Position numbers and translations under genes: made by a program. The notes below the pieces were generated by a model that made no database searches, was not told the origin of the DNA, and saw only the letters and a list, made by a program, of their open reading frames with translations. From the NCBI GenBank assembly GCA_040400605.1, contig JBBAPZ010000003.1:158507-222506 (forward strand): 64,000 nucleotides of DNA, given 5' to 3'. Below, in pieces: positions 30,043-40,470 of this stretch (positions within the stretch are counted from its first letter, which is position 1; each line of letters begins with the position of its first letter). This DNA comes from Candidatus Sericytochromatia bacterium (GTDB lineage Bacteria > Cyanobacteriota > Sericytochromatia > S15B-MN24 > JAQBPE01).

Positions 30043-31809
30043 TTAAAACACCACGTGACGGCCCTTTTGACGGCGACTGTAGATGGCAACGGTTGTTTCC
30101 GCATCGCCAACACCCATGTTACCTGAGTCTCCGATACCCGATGCGCCAAACTCTTCCCAATCCATCGCCGAATCAGTGCCATCGTTTTCTTTGAGCATGC
30201 CACCGAGGATACGACGACCCCGTTGTATTTTTTGGTCGTCGCGGGTCCAGATCGAGATCGCCAGATCGTGTGGATTGGTGAGCAGGGCAAAGCGCAAGAA
30301 TGCATCGAAACCATCAAGTGGCATGGCACACAAGATGGGCATGAAAAACTCCGTGGTGGTCAGGTTGAGGCGTTGCACGCCCTTGCCATCCCAGTTTGCT
30401 TCAATCCAGGACTCCGGGCGCAGATCACCAATGATGACCGGATCGATCACCTCCGCATGATCGCTATAAGCATCCCCAGAACGTTTACCACCCGCACGCA
30501 CGATGGTATAGCCGGCTTGCCGCGCCCCCTCCTGAATATTGGTGACAGTCTGGGCCTCATGCACCATGTTGGGTCCAATCACCTTGATTTCTTCCGTATC
30601 CCGGGGATTGCTCACCCGCCACAAATCCATTTCCTGGTTGATCAGCGACAGCAGTTTGTCCAACACCGCCTTGGACCCCGCCACACCGTGCAAGGTCGTG
30701 CACTTGTGGCTTGAAAAACCCAGCTTGGAATAAGCCAAGCGTACCGCGATACGCTTCAGTTCATCATCGCTGAAACCATCGTCAACCCACGCCCAGTTGC
30801 AACCACCACCTTCGAACTTGAGCGTGCGCACCCCGCGCCCCGCGGCGATCGCACGCGCCGTTGCCTCAGAACCAGTCAATGAGACCACCGCTACCCGCTC
30901 GTGGCTCGCCAACGACCCAACACCCTTGCCAAACCCTTCCAATTTGTACACTGCCGCCGGATTGGCACCCGCAGCCAGCAGCATGCGCATCATCACGGTG
31001 TTACAGATACCACCAAACGGATGCCCCTTGAAAATCATCGGGCTACCTGACATATAGCAACCGATGATCTGAATCACCGGTATTCCGTAAATGAAATTCA
31101 TGGGCGTGATCACAGCCGAAATGCCGGCTGGCAGATAGCCGTTCTTCCAATAGGAATGCCCTTCCACCATCGGTGGAATCAGTTCGCCTCTGAGGGCTTT
31201 CTCGGCGTTCCCACCAATGTGGTCAGCCGCGCGCTTGGCTTCCCAAAAGTCTTTTTCCGCCTCCAGCCGGGTTTTGGGTATCACATGCCGGATCTCACGC
31301 AATACCTCCTCCGAAAAATACTCCAGAAACCGTGAAAAGTTGTTAACGACCCATTTGCGATAAGCCACGGTCTCTTCCGACCAACTGAGGCCGCTCCAAT
31401 ATTCCCACGCGGCACCCACCGCCAATTCGACATCCTCGGCCTGGGAGTCTGGCACTTGGGTCAGCGATACCCGCCGATCCCACAAGGCCTGCAGGGTCAC
31501 CATGTTGCCTGCCAGCGGCTTGTACCACGATCCTGCGATCAGGTTATACACAGGAACGGGCGGATCCTGCGGGGTGCTTGGTAACTGCGTGTACGGAAAA
31601 ATGTAGCCCCGCAAAGCCTCCATTTCCTCATCGCGCAAGCCTCCCTGAAACAGGCTGAAACGCGCACGACGCACACCGTATTGTTCTGCGATCGGGTCCA
31701 CCCCCAATTGCCCCGCAGCAACGAACCCCCGCACGCGCGCGACGGTCGCCTCGGGGTCAAATCGTCCCTGCGCATTCAACAAGTCGCCCCCGGACAGCGT
31801 CTGAATCAT
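30043..31809 (-). CDS. Aldehyde dehydrogenase family protein
   Basis: ITPMNF, FKGHP, LTGS, KFEGGG (general-base Glu), HKCT (catalytic Cys), TEFFMP, FGASG; GAGGAGG RBS before ATG 31809. Confidence 0.85.
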   Translation of the reverse strand: MIQTLSGGDLLNAQGRFDPEATVARVRGFVAAGQLGVDPIAEQYGVRRARFSLFQGGLRDEEMEALRGYIFPYTQLPSTPQDPPVPVYNLIAGSWYKPLAGNMVTLQALWDRRVSLTQVPDSQAEDVELAVGAAWEYWSGLSWSEETVAYRKWVVNNFSRFLEYFSEEVLREIRHVIPKTRLEAEKDFWEAKRAADHIGGNAEKALRGELIPPMVEGHSYWKNGYLPAGISAVITPMNFIYGIPVIQIIGCYMSGSPMIFKGHPFGGICNTVMMRMLLAAGANPAAVYKLEGFGKGVGSLASHERVAVVSLTGSEATARAIAAGRGVRTLKFEGGGCNWAWVDDGFSDDELKRIAVRLAYSKLGFSSHKCTTLHGVAGSKAVLDKLLSLINQEMDLWRVSNPRDTEEIKVIGPNMVHEAQTVTNIQEGARQAGYTIVRAGGKRSGDAYSDHAEVIDPVIIGDLRPESWIEANWDGKGVQRLNLTTTEFFMPILCAMPLDGFDAFLRFALLTNPHDLAISIWTRDDQKIQRGRRILGGMLKENDGTDSAMDWEEFGASGIGDSGNMGVGDAETTVAIYSRRQKGRHVVF

Positions 31810-32559
31810 CGTCGATCCTCCTCGTTTGCTCCACGAAACACGCAATTCATCACACGTTAGTGTACCAGTTTCCGCTATCGACAGGCCGTTGATCCATGCT
31901 TGCGTCAGCCGGGAAAGTGGTCATAACCAACCCACGTCTGAAATGATTGTACGACCGTTTCTTGTGCCAACCCTTTCCCCGACGTTATATGGAAACGCGT
32001 TGATTGGTGATCAAATTTTGGTTGTTGTTCAAAAACAGCCGAAATTTCGTCCCAGGCAAATGAAAGGCGCATGGCTGGTTCATTAGGCGAAATAAGGCTT
32101 TGAGACGAATAATCTTTTCTTAACCTGGCGCAGTTTGAAAGCCTGGCAGTGAGCAACGGCTTGGGATGGCTGCAGCTGTTCGACCTGATGGCTTCCGACG
32201 ACCCGTGATGTCTTCTCGTCACGCGGGTCGTGCAAACTCGTCGCTTACGGGGACTCAAACGGTGCCAGGCGCTGATCGCGTGCCTTCGCACCTGTGTCCC
32301 CGTCGTAATGCCAAATGCTCTCACTGCTTGCACCCATTCCCTGCCATTAAATCGGTCAGATGCTTCAAGAACAGCTTATTTTCAAAAAAATGCATAAAGA
32401 ATGACGAAGGTGGGATCAATGTGAATCGAACAATAGCCGGTTAGGTTCCGATGTGGAAACACCGAATTGCATCGCATTTCGATGCCGATCGTTCTGACGC
32501 CTGGTTCGTGTCGGGAAGCTGCGTGACGCTGCACTCGACCTTTGCGCAAGGCCGTTGAG

Positions 32560-33385
32560 GAGCAGTGCGGCTACATCGACCAGCCGACCACTCGTCGCGA
32601 GTGGCAATCCGGCAGCGCCGCCAGATGCAGCCAACCTTCCGTTATCGGCACATAGGTGATATCCGCTACCCCTGCCTGGTCTGGGGCTGTGCGAACGAAA
32701 TCGCGCGCCATAATATTCTCGGCAATCGTGACCCAGTGTTTTGCGTCGGTTGTCTGCGGTTTGAATGGCCGCCTTCGCCGCGATGCAATGCCTGCATCAC
32801 TGACCAGACGTGCCATCCGTTTCCTGCTGATTGGTACGTTACGCTCTTGCAGTTCTACGTGAACCTGCGGACTGCCATAGGTCTTGTGACTCTCAGCGTG
32901 AATCCTGATAATCGCTGATTGCAATTAGCAATCACGACATTTATGTCCACTCTCTGGCCGTCTGCACCAGGCACAGAAGCCCGATCGTGAAACATTCAGC
33001 GTGTTTCAGGGCAAATGGACGGGTTCTCCGCTGCGATGAACGCGTATCTCACGCATTCTCCCTTGCAAGGAAGGCTGCCGCTTTTTTTAAAATTTCGCGC
33101 TCTATCCGCAGGCGTTTGAGTTTTTCACGCTCCGCCCCCGTCAGGCCGCCAGAATCGGCGAGTGGATTCCCCTTCGATTTGTTGAACCAATCGCTGAACT
33201 ACCGAGGCGCAGATTCCGGGATCTTGCGCCAATTGCCGCGCGATCCGATCACCCGCGAGGCACAAAGCAACCATCTCGGCTTTAAATTCTGGCGTAAACT
33301 GAAGACGATTTTTTGACATTGTGAACATCCTTTTACCCGCCTTAATTGTAACGGCATTTGTGTCCACAAAACCGGAACAATTCCA
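32560..33385 (-). mobile_element. Degenerate, truncated IS3-family element
   Basis: Left end TGGAATTGTTCCGGTTTTGTGGACA at 33385; orfA FTPEFKAEMV and EREILKKAAAFLARE with A7G slip site at 33088-33081; orfB fragments YGSPQVH, ADITYVPITEGWLHLA, SRRVVGWSM; frameshifts and stops; no clear right IR. Confidence 0.88.
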
Positions 33386-33840
33386 CTACAAAGAGCACGT
33401 GCTCGAACGCCCAAGGATCTGACGGATTGAAAAAAATCCGAGTGTTGAATGCGAGGTCCGCAGCCTGGGTTGCGTCTTCATATAACCCTGGTTTCCCGGT
33501 TCAGATTTACCGACCGGCCTCTGCTGACCATACTCAAATCAAGTGGGGCACTCAGTCTGGTCAGGCATCCAGTGAGTGGTTCGAGGCCAACCTTCTTGTC
33601 GGCTTTTCCGCCGTTGGGACCATTGAGGCTTGGGATTACAATCATCCCTCTGACGCTTATGGCAAGTGGGCGGGTGCGTACACCAAGTTCAAGAATCGCC
33701 GCATCTACGGATACAGCGTTATGGGTACGGCGTACCTTCTGGATGCTCAGGACATTGTCAGGCAGGCGGTTCAGAACCCTGCATTTAACGCTACCCAAAC
33801 TGGCTGGGTTAACGGGCAATACGTTAACCTCTATAATTAG
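33386..33840 (+). pseudogene. C-terminal part of a hypothetical (probably secreted) protein cut by the IS3 end
   Basis: ORF 33358-33840 has its only start inside the IS terminal repeat; protein-like composition (W/Y/N/G-rich) from 33386. Confidence 0.55.
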
Positions 33841-33909
33841 CGTTTCGCTCCTGCCGATACACCAGCCGTTTATATGCGGGCGCATTGAATCTTCCCAAGC
33901 GAGGTAGAT

Positions 33910-34536
33910 GTGAAACGAGTACGCTACGCAATCGCTGTGACCACTTTGCTATCTGCTGATTTCCTTTTATCTTGCGCTGTTCAAGGCGAGCAAATGCCGG
34001 CTCCAACTAACTCTTATCCGTCCGTTCCGGCTATCAAATCGCCACCTACGCCGATTCTCGCCGTGGCTGACCCAGTTGCATCTAGTCCGAGCCCAGATCC
34101 GTTTTCTAGTCGTCAGTCGGATGAAGATCTAAAATTGATAACAGGTGATGGTCGCGTGCATCCCATAAGAATCCTGTTCTGGGATAGCTTTAAAATTAGG
34201 GTTGCCAATGACGCTGAGTTGGTACGTGCTGACAATAAACTTGGTTTCGTTCAACTGATTCAGGAAAAATCAGTACTGCATGATCTGGCTTCTGTAATCT
34301 CTCAATACACCCTTGCTTACATCATCAATCCGGCAGCAGATTCGCTTTCTGAGGAGGAATTGAACCGGAAGGAGGTTGAAGAGGAGGGAATGACCGGGGC
34401 AGATGTTCCCAATGATGGTTCGTGGGCTGAAATCGGTATTGAGGGCTATACCGATGTGAAGATAATCGGGTTATACAAGCAACTCCAGTCAAAGTACTAC
34501 ATAAGGGGAATACAGGTGGTCGGTACTCCTCCGTAG
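33910..34536 (+). CDS. Hypothetical lipoprotein
   Basis: GAGG RBS, signal peptide ending LLSC, Pro/Ser linker; visibly lower GC than flanking genes. Confidence 0.7.
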   Translation: MKRVRYAIAVTTLLSADFLLSCAVQGEQMPAPTNSYPSVPAIKSPPTPILAVADPVASSPSPDPFSSRQSDEDLKLITGDGRVHPIRILFWDSFKIRVANDAELVRADNKLGFVQLIQEKSVLHDLASVISQYTLAYIINPAADSLSEEELNRKEVEEEGMTGADVPNDGSWAEIGIEGYTDVKIIGLYKQLQSKYYIRGIQVVGTPP

Positions 34537-34592
34537 TGTGGGCGGTTTACAGTTTGTCAGGCCCTTTTGGGGGTTTTCTCGTTGCCGCCTCC

Positions 34593-34712
34593 ATGCTGAT
34601 CGCAGAGGATGACCCTGCCATTCGTCGTCTCGTGTCCTGCCTGCTTGAGACCAAGGGCTTCGATATCGCTGCACGCAAGACCCTCACTGAACGAGTTTTC
34701 GACACAAAATAG
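34593..34712 (+). pseudogene. Response-regulator receiver-domain relic
   Basis: Manual translation MLIAEDDPAIRRLVSCLLETKGFDI... then stop; receiver beta1-alpha1-beta2 only. Confidence 0.6.
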
Positions 34713-34936
34713 GTCATGAGTGTTGATGGTGCTGTAAACCCGCACGTTTTGACAGTGCAAAAGCATGACACGCCTGATTGTTACAAGCAACAGCGTAGGA
34801 TTGGCTTGAGTTCACCATTGGGGTAATTTGAACCCTTGCAAGATTACAGCCGTGGGGATAGCGCCCCCAGGCTGCCGCGTCGCCGCAGTCACGACGATAG
34901 AATCAGCGTCCCTGATTACAGGCGGCTTGTCCGGTC

Positions 34937-35415
34937 TTGAACGGCAATTGCTCGCAGCAATTCATTTACCGGCAGTTCAGTTGTGCCTCTTGTCGCGCCA
35001 TTGTGCGCATCTGCCGCGCTTGTGACCGTGGCAATCGCGAACGCAGGAAACTGGCCAGAAAGGAAACCTGGCGCCTGGCTGGTAAACGCTACCAGCGAAC
35101 GCCGCGCGGTGCTCGTGCCCATTTCTTGCGCCAGGATGCCTATCGTATGTGGCTCGCCAAGAAAGTGACGCATCAGGGTTCAATTCAGCTTGTTCGGTCT
35201 GGCATTGTGGAGTCGGCGATGACTATGGCTGGCCCCATTCAGTCATCACCGATAACCCAACGCAACCTTAGCCAGGCATTTTGCGATTTCTGTGGAAGCG
35301 CTTGGTCGCCTTTTGCTCGGCTAATGTATCTGCAAGGCGGTGTGCCGGGTTGGCAAAAGCCTGCAGTGTCGACGAGAAACCAGACCGCATGATTACCAAA
35401 GTGACTGAGACCAAG
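34937..35415 (+). mobile_element. Remnant of an IS21-associated Cys-rich ORF plus possible first codons of istA
   Basis: CASCRAIVRICRACDRG...AGKRYQRTPRG...KVTHQGS...CDFCG pattern of ORFs that precede some istA genes; ATGA-coupled ATG at 35389 (MITKVTETK) then runs into the nudix gene. Confidence 0.55.
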
Positions 35416-35433
35416 CGATACAGGCCGGCATTG

Positions 35434-35835
35434 TCAACTTTGCTGCCAAACCATCAGCAAACGCCGCGTGTACGAGTTAAGATCCAACGAGAAGGCGTCT
35501 TTCGGCTGGATCCACCGGTAGGACTGGGCTTCATCATTCAAGCGCACGTCGGCACCATCCGTCCAGGCGACGTAATTAATCAATAAAAAATGAGCCGGCT
35601 TGTAAAATTCCGGCGAATCGATACAATCCTGAACCAGGATCAGTCGTTCATCGCGGATGGCAAGGCCCGTTTCTTCCAACAGCTCACGCCGGAGCGCTTC
35701 CAACATGGTCTCCCCCGCTTGTATCTTGCCGCCAGGGATGCCATACCGGTCACGCCATTTGTGGGTCTTAATCAACAAACAATCACCCGATTGATTGATG
35801 ACCAATGCCCCGACCGTTGCGATGGGCCCACTCAT
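35434..35835 (-). CDS. NUDIX hydrolase
   Basis: Nudix box PGGKIQAGETMLEALRRELLEETGL; AGGAG RBS before ATG 35835. Confidence 0.92.
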   Translation of the reverse strand: MSGPIATVGALVINQSGDCLLIKTHKWRDRYGIPGGKIQAGETMLEALRRELLEETGLAIRDERLILVQDCIDSPEFYKPAHFLLINYVAWTDGADVRLNDEAQSYRWIQPKDAFSLDLNSYTRRLLMVWQQS

Positions 35836-35890
35836 TGACTGACTCCTTTTCAACATGCTCTCGGCTCGATTGTAACAAGGGTTGATCACC

Positions 35891-36859
35891 ATGCCCAACG
35901 CTCACCACTGCTTGACGCCTGACCATATCGATTACGATGTGATCATTGTCGGCGCCGGTATGGCTGGTATCAGCGCCGCTTTATGGTGCAAACGCCTTCA
36001 ACTATCCTTTTGCTGGTTCGATGACAAACACCAAAGCGGCGGCCAACTGCGACGACTTCATAATGGCATCCCCGATTATCCCGGCCGCATTTACCGCAAC
36101 GGTATCGAACTCGCGGATGCGCTGGATGAACAGCTTGTGACCCTGAATTTGAAGCCACGCCTGCAAGAAGCGGTAACCCACTTTGATCTCACCAACCGCT
36201 GTGTTGCAACGCACCAAGGGCGCTACCGCGCGCGTGCCATCGTTTTGGGCACCGGCGTTTCGAATCGGAGGCTTGGACTGTCTGACGAAGATCGGCTTTG
36301 GGGCCGGGGTGTCAGTGATTCTGCGTCGCGTGATCGCAAACACTTTGTGGACCAAGTCGTCGCTGTCGTTGGAGGCGGTGATGCCGCGTGCGAAAACGCC
36401 CTGATGCTCGCTCAACAATGCCCAAAAGTCTACCTGCTTGCGCGCGGCACCCTCCGGGCTCGGCCAGACTTTCAGGCAGCCGTGACCGAAGATCCCCGAA
36501 TCACCGTGTTGCGCCACCACCAAGTCACAGCCCTCCACGGTGAGCAAAAACTGGAACGACTCACGGTACAGGGTCCAGAAGGTCCCAAAATCCTTACCGT
36601 GACCGGTCTGTTCATTCGAATCGGCGTTAACCCCAATTCAACCCCCTTCGCATCCCAGGTACTGAGTGACGCGCAAGGCTACGTCTCTGTCGACGCGAAC
36701 CAGCAAAGCAGCCTGCCAAATGTCTACGCGATTGGTGACGTGGCAAGTGCCACCCACAGCAGCCTGGCCCACGCTGCCGGCTCCGGTATGGTAGCCATCA
36801 AATCCATCCAACGGACCTTGGACCGCTCAAGGCACGAAACCATGGACAGCCAGTCCTAA
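35891..36859 (+). CDS. Thioredoxin-reductase-like FAD/NAD(P) oxidoreductase lacking CxxC
   Basis: IVGAGMAG, GGQL, GRGVS, VVGGGDAA, YAIGDV; CATCD position reads SASRD. Confidence 0.85.
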   Translation: MPNAHHCLTPDHIDYDVIIVGAGMAGISAALWCKRLQLSFCWFDDKHQSGGQLRRLHNGIPDYPGRIYRNGIELADALDEQLVTLNLKPRLQEAVTHFDLTNRCVATHQGRYRARAIVLGTGVSNRRLGLSDEDRLWGRGVSDSASRDRKHFVDQVVAVVGGGDAACENALMLAQQCPKVYLLARGTLRARPDFQAAVTEDPRITVLRHHQVTALHGEQKLERLTVQGPEGPKILTVTGLFIRIGVNPNSTPFASQVLSDAQGYVSVDANQQSSLPNVYAIGDVASATHSSLAHAAGSGMVAIKSIQRTLDRSRHETMDSQS

Positions 36860-37227
36860 CGTCGCAACCAGACCGATCAGACTCACAAACCAGTTTTTTC
36901 GACTCGCAGGCGAAACACATCCAAACAAAGGTCTCAAAAGTGTTTCAGACTCGTGTCGATGCCGTGGCACGGCCAATGAATGGTCACCATCCGTTGGCCG
37001 TGCCACAATGAAAGCCGTGCTTCAAATAACTTAAGCGATACAGAAACGCCTTGATTGCTGATCAAATTTTGACTAGTATTCAATAACAACGAGTCAGTGC
37101 CTGTTGTTTTGACTTTGCCACCTACGTTTTGAACAAAAACCGATGCGTCGCTGTATCGCACGTCTGTCAGCAGCACGAATGTTTTGGGCCGGACTCCCTC
37201 AGGCATCAAGCCTGAGGAGGCAAGCCA

Positions 37228-38310
37228 TCAAATGGCTTCGTTTCGCTCGCCGTCTGTATCCACTTCGGTCAGTTGACCGGACTGTTCCTGCTGAATCAAC
37301 GATAACTTCGAACGGACAAGACCCTCGATTTCTTGTGCCACCGCCGTGTTCTGCTCCAGAAAAGCCACCGTGTTATCCCGGCCTTGACCAATTTTTTGCT
37401 CATTGAAAGCAAACCAGGCACCGCTCTTTTGTACGATGCCCTGGTCAACGGCGACATCGAGCGTGCACCCCAAACGGTTAATGCCACGACCAAACAAGAT
37501 ATCAAATTCAGCGACGCGAAATGGCGGCGAAACTTTGTTTTTCACCACTTTGACCTTTACGCGGTTGCCAAACTCTGAACCATCTTTCTTCAGGGTTTCG
37601 ATACGTCGCACCTCCAAACGCACCGAGGCGTAAAAACGCAGGGCTCGCCCGCCTGTTGTTGTTTCCGGATTGCCAAACATCACGCCGATCTTCTCACGAA
37701 TCTGGTTGATAAAAATCACCGTGCAGTGACTGCGTCCAATCGCAGCCGTCAATTTACGCAACGCCTGGCTCATTAAACGGGCTTGCAAGCCGACGTGAGA
37801 ATCACCCATCTCACCCTCGATTTCTGCCTTGGGAACCAGCGCCGCGACCGAGTCGACAACAACGAGGTCCACTGCACCCGAACGCACCAGTGCCTCGGTG
37901 ATCTCCAGAGCCTGTTCGCCGGTGTCTGGCTGAGAAACCAGCAAGTTGTCAATATCGACGCCCAAATTGCGCGCATACACAGGATCCAGTGCGTGCTCCG
38001 CATCCACGAAAGCCGCCACACCCCCCGCACGTTGGGTCTCGGCGACAGAATGCAGCGCCACGGTCGTCTTGCCACCGGACTCAGGTCCATAAATTTCGAT
38101 GATGCGACCTTTCGGCAAACCACCAACACCCAACGCAAGATCCAAGGTCAAGGCGCCAGTCGGCGTCGCCTCAATTCGCATCCTGGCGTTATCACCCAAT
38201 TTCATGATGGCGCCTTTGCCAAACTGTTTTTCAATCTGAGCCAGAACATTTTTTAATGCCCCGTCACGACCACTCTCCATACGACCGCTCAAGGCATCCT
38301 GTTTGGACAT
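37228..38310 (-). CDS. recA: Recombinase RecA
   Basis: [68 protein letters not shown]. Confidence 0.99.
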   Translation of the reverse strand: MSKQDALSGRMESGRDGALKNVLAQIEKQFGKGAIMKLGDNARMRIEATPTGALTLDLALGVGGLPKGRIIEIYGPESGGKTTVALHSVAETQRAGGVAAFVDAEHALDPVYARNLGVDIDNLLVSQPDTGEQALEITEALVRSGAVDLVVVDSVAALVPKAEIEGEMGDSHVGLQARLMSQALRKLTAAIGRSHCTVIFINQIREKIGVMFGNPETTTGGRALRFYASVRLEVRRIETLKKDGSEFGNRVKVKVVKNKVSPPFRVAEFDILFGRGINRLGCTLDVAVDQGIVQKSGAWFAFNEQKIGQGRDNTVAFLEQNTAVAQEIEGLVRSKLSLIQQEQSGQLTEVDTDGERNEAI

Positions 38311-38371
38311 TGCAACACTCCTTCAACCGAGATGTGACGGGCCACAGAAAAACGCTTGCCCCAAGAATATC

Positions 38372-38383
38372 AAACATTTGTTC
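38372..38383. promoter_or_regulatory. Putative LexA (SOS) box, GAAC-N4-GTTY type
   Basis: Minus strand GAAC-AAAT-GTTT about 60 nt upstream of the recA ATG. Confidence 0.65.
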
Positions 38384-38435
38384 CAAACGACAAGCGTGGT
38401 GTCGAATAAATGAGCATACAGCCCTTGAAATCGGG

Positions 38436-38972
38436 TCAGCGTCTCAGATGTGCCAGCGAATAACTGAGGCCTGCGCTGATTTGGGTCGCTTTGCTGAATG
38501 TGCCGTTGCGGAAAACGTTCCACCCTGCTGAGTGACCTGACCGCGACGAGCTTTCCGCAAAATAGCGAAAACTGGGACCTGACGGTTGGCCAAGGCTTTC
38601 AGCGTCGTCGTGGCGTCTGTTTTTATTGCTATCGGCATAGACCCGGAGGCTGCAAACCACGGAACGGGTTTCATCCGGTTGTTCCATCAAATTGATGGGC
38701 GGGCTTGCAGGAAAAGCGAGGCTGTATTGGCCATCCGTGATCGAAACTGAGTTAAGCTCCACTTGCGGACCGCCAGCCTGTGGTGCACCAAACAGCCCGA
38801 CCCGGCTGTCTTCGGCCGCATCCTGGACACTGCCACTGACCGTTGTGGTTCCCGTTATTGCGCCAATCAGCGGCGCCGCGGGCACAGCGCAACTGACACT
38901 GCAGATGGATGCCAAAACCACGCCCAACACCATGACCCGCTTTGGATAACGGTGAATACCCATGTGCTTCAC
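38436..38972 (-). CDS. Hypothetical lipoprotein
   Basis: Hydrophobic signal ending SVSC; GTG start overlaps the patatin stop (GTGA); GAGGAG RBS. Confidence 0.7.
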   Translation of the reverse strand: MKHMGIHRYPKRVMVLGVVLASICSVSCAVPAAPLIGAITGTTTVSGSVQDAAEDSRVGLFGAPQAGGPQVELNSVSITDGQYSLAFPASPPINLMEQPDETRSVVCSLRVYADSNKNRRHDDAESLGQPSGPSFRYFAESSSRSGHSAGWNVFRNGTFSKATQISAGLSYSLAHLRR

Positions 38973-40204
38973 TCCTCGCTCTCGTTTGTGTGAACAGTTG
39001 ATCCACAGGCGAAACGTTTTGCCAGGACATTGTGACCGTCTTGATAACCCGTCTCGATGTAACGCCCGATTAAGGCCGTATCGTGAAAGCCAGCGAACAA
39101 ATCCCCAACCAGCGGCGTGGATGGGATCACCGGAATGATTCGAACCACGCGGCGGCGTCTGAAATCCTCAACGTTGCGAAACCCCGCCGCTTCGCACAGT
39201 GTGTGATTGAACTCTGAATCTTTGATCCGGCCATCTGCGTCTTGTTCGAGCACGCGTTGCAGGGCCGTGATACGGCGGTTGACCTTGAGTACCTTGTGGT
39301 AATTGTTGATCAAAAATTTGCCGGCCAGCATTTCGCACATGCGACTGAAAATCGTCATGATGGTTCGTGGTTCTTTGTCTAGCGGGGGAACAATGGTGGT
39401 TGCCATGACGACAAATAACGTGTCGATGTCCCCGTCCATGGCGATCGCCTTGCCAATCGGCGAATTGTCGGTCATGCCACCGTCGATGTAAAGTCCTGCC
39501 TTCCCCGCTCCAGCCGGGGTCATGCGCAGGGGGGGAAACATGAGCGGGAAGGCACCGCTTCCCGTAATGACATCCAACAACCGGTTGAACTGCACAAAGT
39601 TCTCGGCGTGCGGCATCTCGGGATACCAATGAAAGTCTTCGTAATGCGCCCAACTGTTTTCGATGCGCTCTTCTTCGTCTACAAGGGATGTCCCGCCCAA
39701 CAGGTTGCACATGACCGCGCTAAAACGAACGGGGCGCTTGATGGCTGCCGGGAGAACGAGCTCCTGAGTCAGTTGACGAAAGTACGCACCAGAAAAAATG
39801 GAAGAAAAATGACCTTTGAGCATCTTCTCCAATGTATCCAATGCTTGCGTATCAAACCGCGTGGGCAAGTAAACCTTGCTGAAGGGGTCAATGCCAAAAC
39901 GTGAGAACAACTGACTCAACGCACGGCCGCTGCCGTCCAGTGAATGCTCCTCGGTGCCAGCTTTGTAAAAATGTTGCAGGCTCACCTGCTTGCGCCAGAC
40001 GTCGTAAAGTTTTTTCTCGATATTGGCGCCGCTAAACTGCTCCTGCATCAACAAGCCGGCGACGACGGTACCATTCATCGCGCCAGCGGAAATACCCACA
40101 ATCACATCGGGTTGCACCCCACGTTCCGCGAAAGCCTTCAGTACGCCGGCCTCATACGCGCCTTTTGCAACGCCACCAGATAACACCAGGCCAACTTTAG
40201 CCAT
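38969..40204 (-). CDS. Patatin-like phospholipase
   Basis: LSGGVAKGAY oxyanion loop, GISAG nucleophile, YIDGG catalytic Asp. Confidence 0.92.
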   Translation of the reverse strand: MAKVGLVLSGGVAKGAYEAGVLKAFAERGVQPDVIVGISAGAMNGTVVAGLLMQEQFSGANIEKKLYDVWRKQVSLQHFYKAGTEEHSLDGSGRALSQLFSRFGIDPFSKVYLPTRFDTQALDTLEKMLKGHFSSIFSGAYFRQLTQELVLPAAIKRPVRFSAVMCNLLGGTSLVDEEERIENSWAHYEDFHWYPEMPHAENFVQFNRLLDVITGSGAFPLMFPPLRMTPAGAGKAGLYIDGGMTDNSPIGKAIAMDGDIDTLFVVMATTIVPPLDKEPRTIMTIFSRMCEMLAGKFLINNYHKVLKVNRRITALQRVLEQDADGRIKDSEFNHTLCEAAGFRNVEDFRRRRVVRIIPVIPSTPLVGDLFAGFHDTALIGRYIETGYQDGHNVLAKRFACGSTVHTNESEE

Positions 40205-40470
40205 TCAGACAAACACTCCACGATTAATGACCCGTATGTGGCCCGAGACCCAGCCATGCTATTCCCCAATCCAGCAAAAACCACACGCCGCAAAGGACCC
40301 GCGGAACCATCAATTTCGCTGTTCAGACGGCCACCGCGCGTTGCTTGTGTGATCGCGCACACCAACCAAAATTGACATAACACGGTATGATGAAGCTTGT
40401 GCGAGGCAGGCGTGTGAGCCTCGCCGTCGTGCCAAGGCACGATGTGAGTCCTACAGGCGGGATGACGTTC

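Noticed and set aside
32425..32465. Candidate right inverted repeat of the IS3 element
   Set aside because: Only weak similarity to the left end, and no target duplication identifiable
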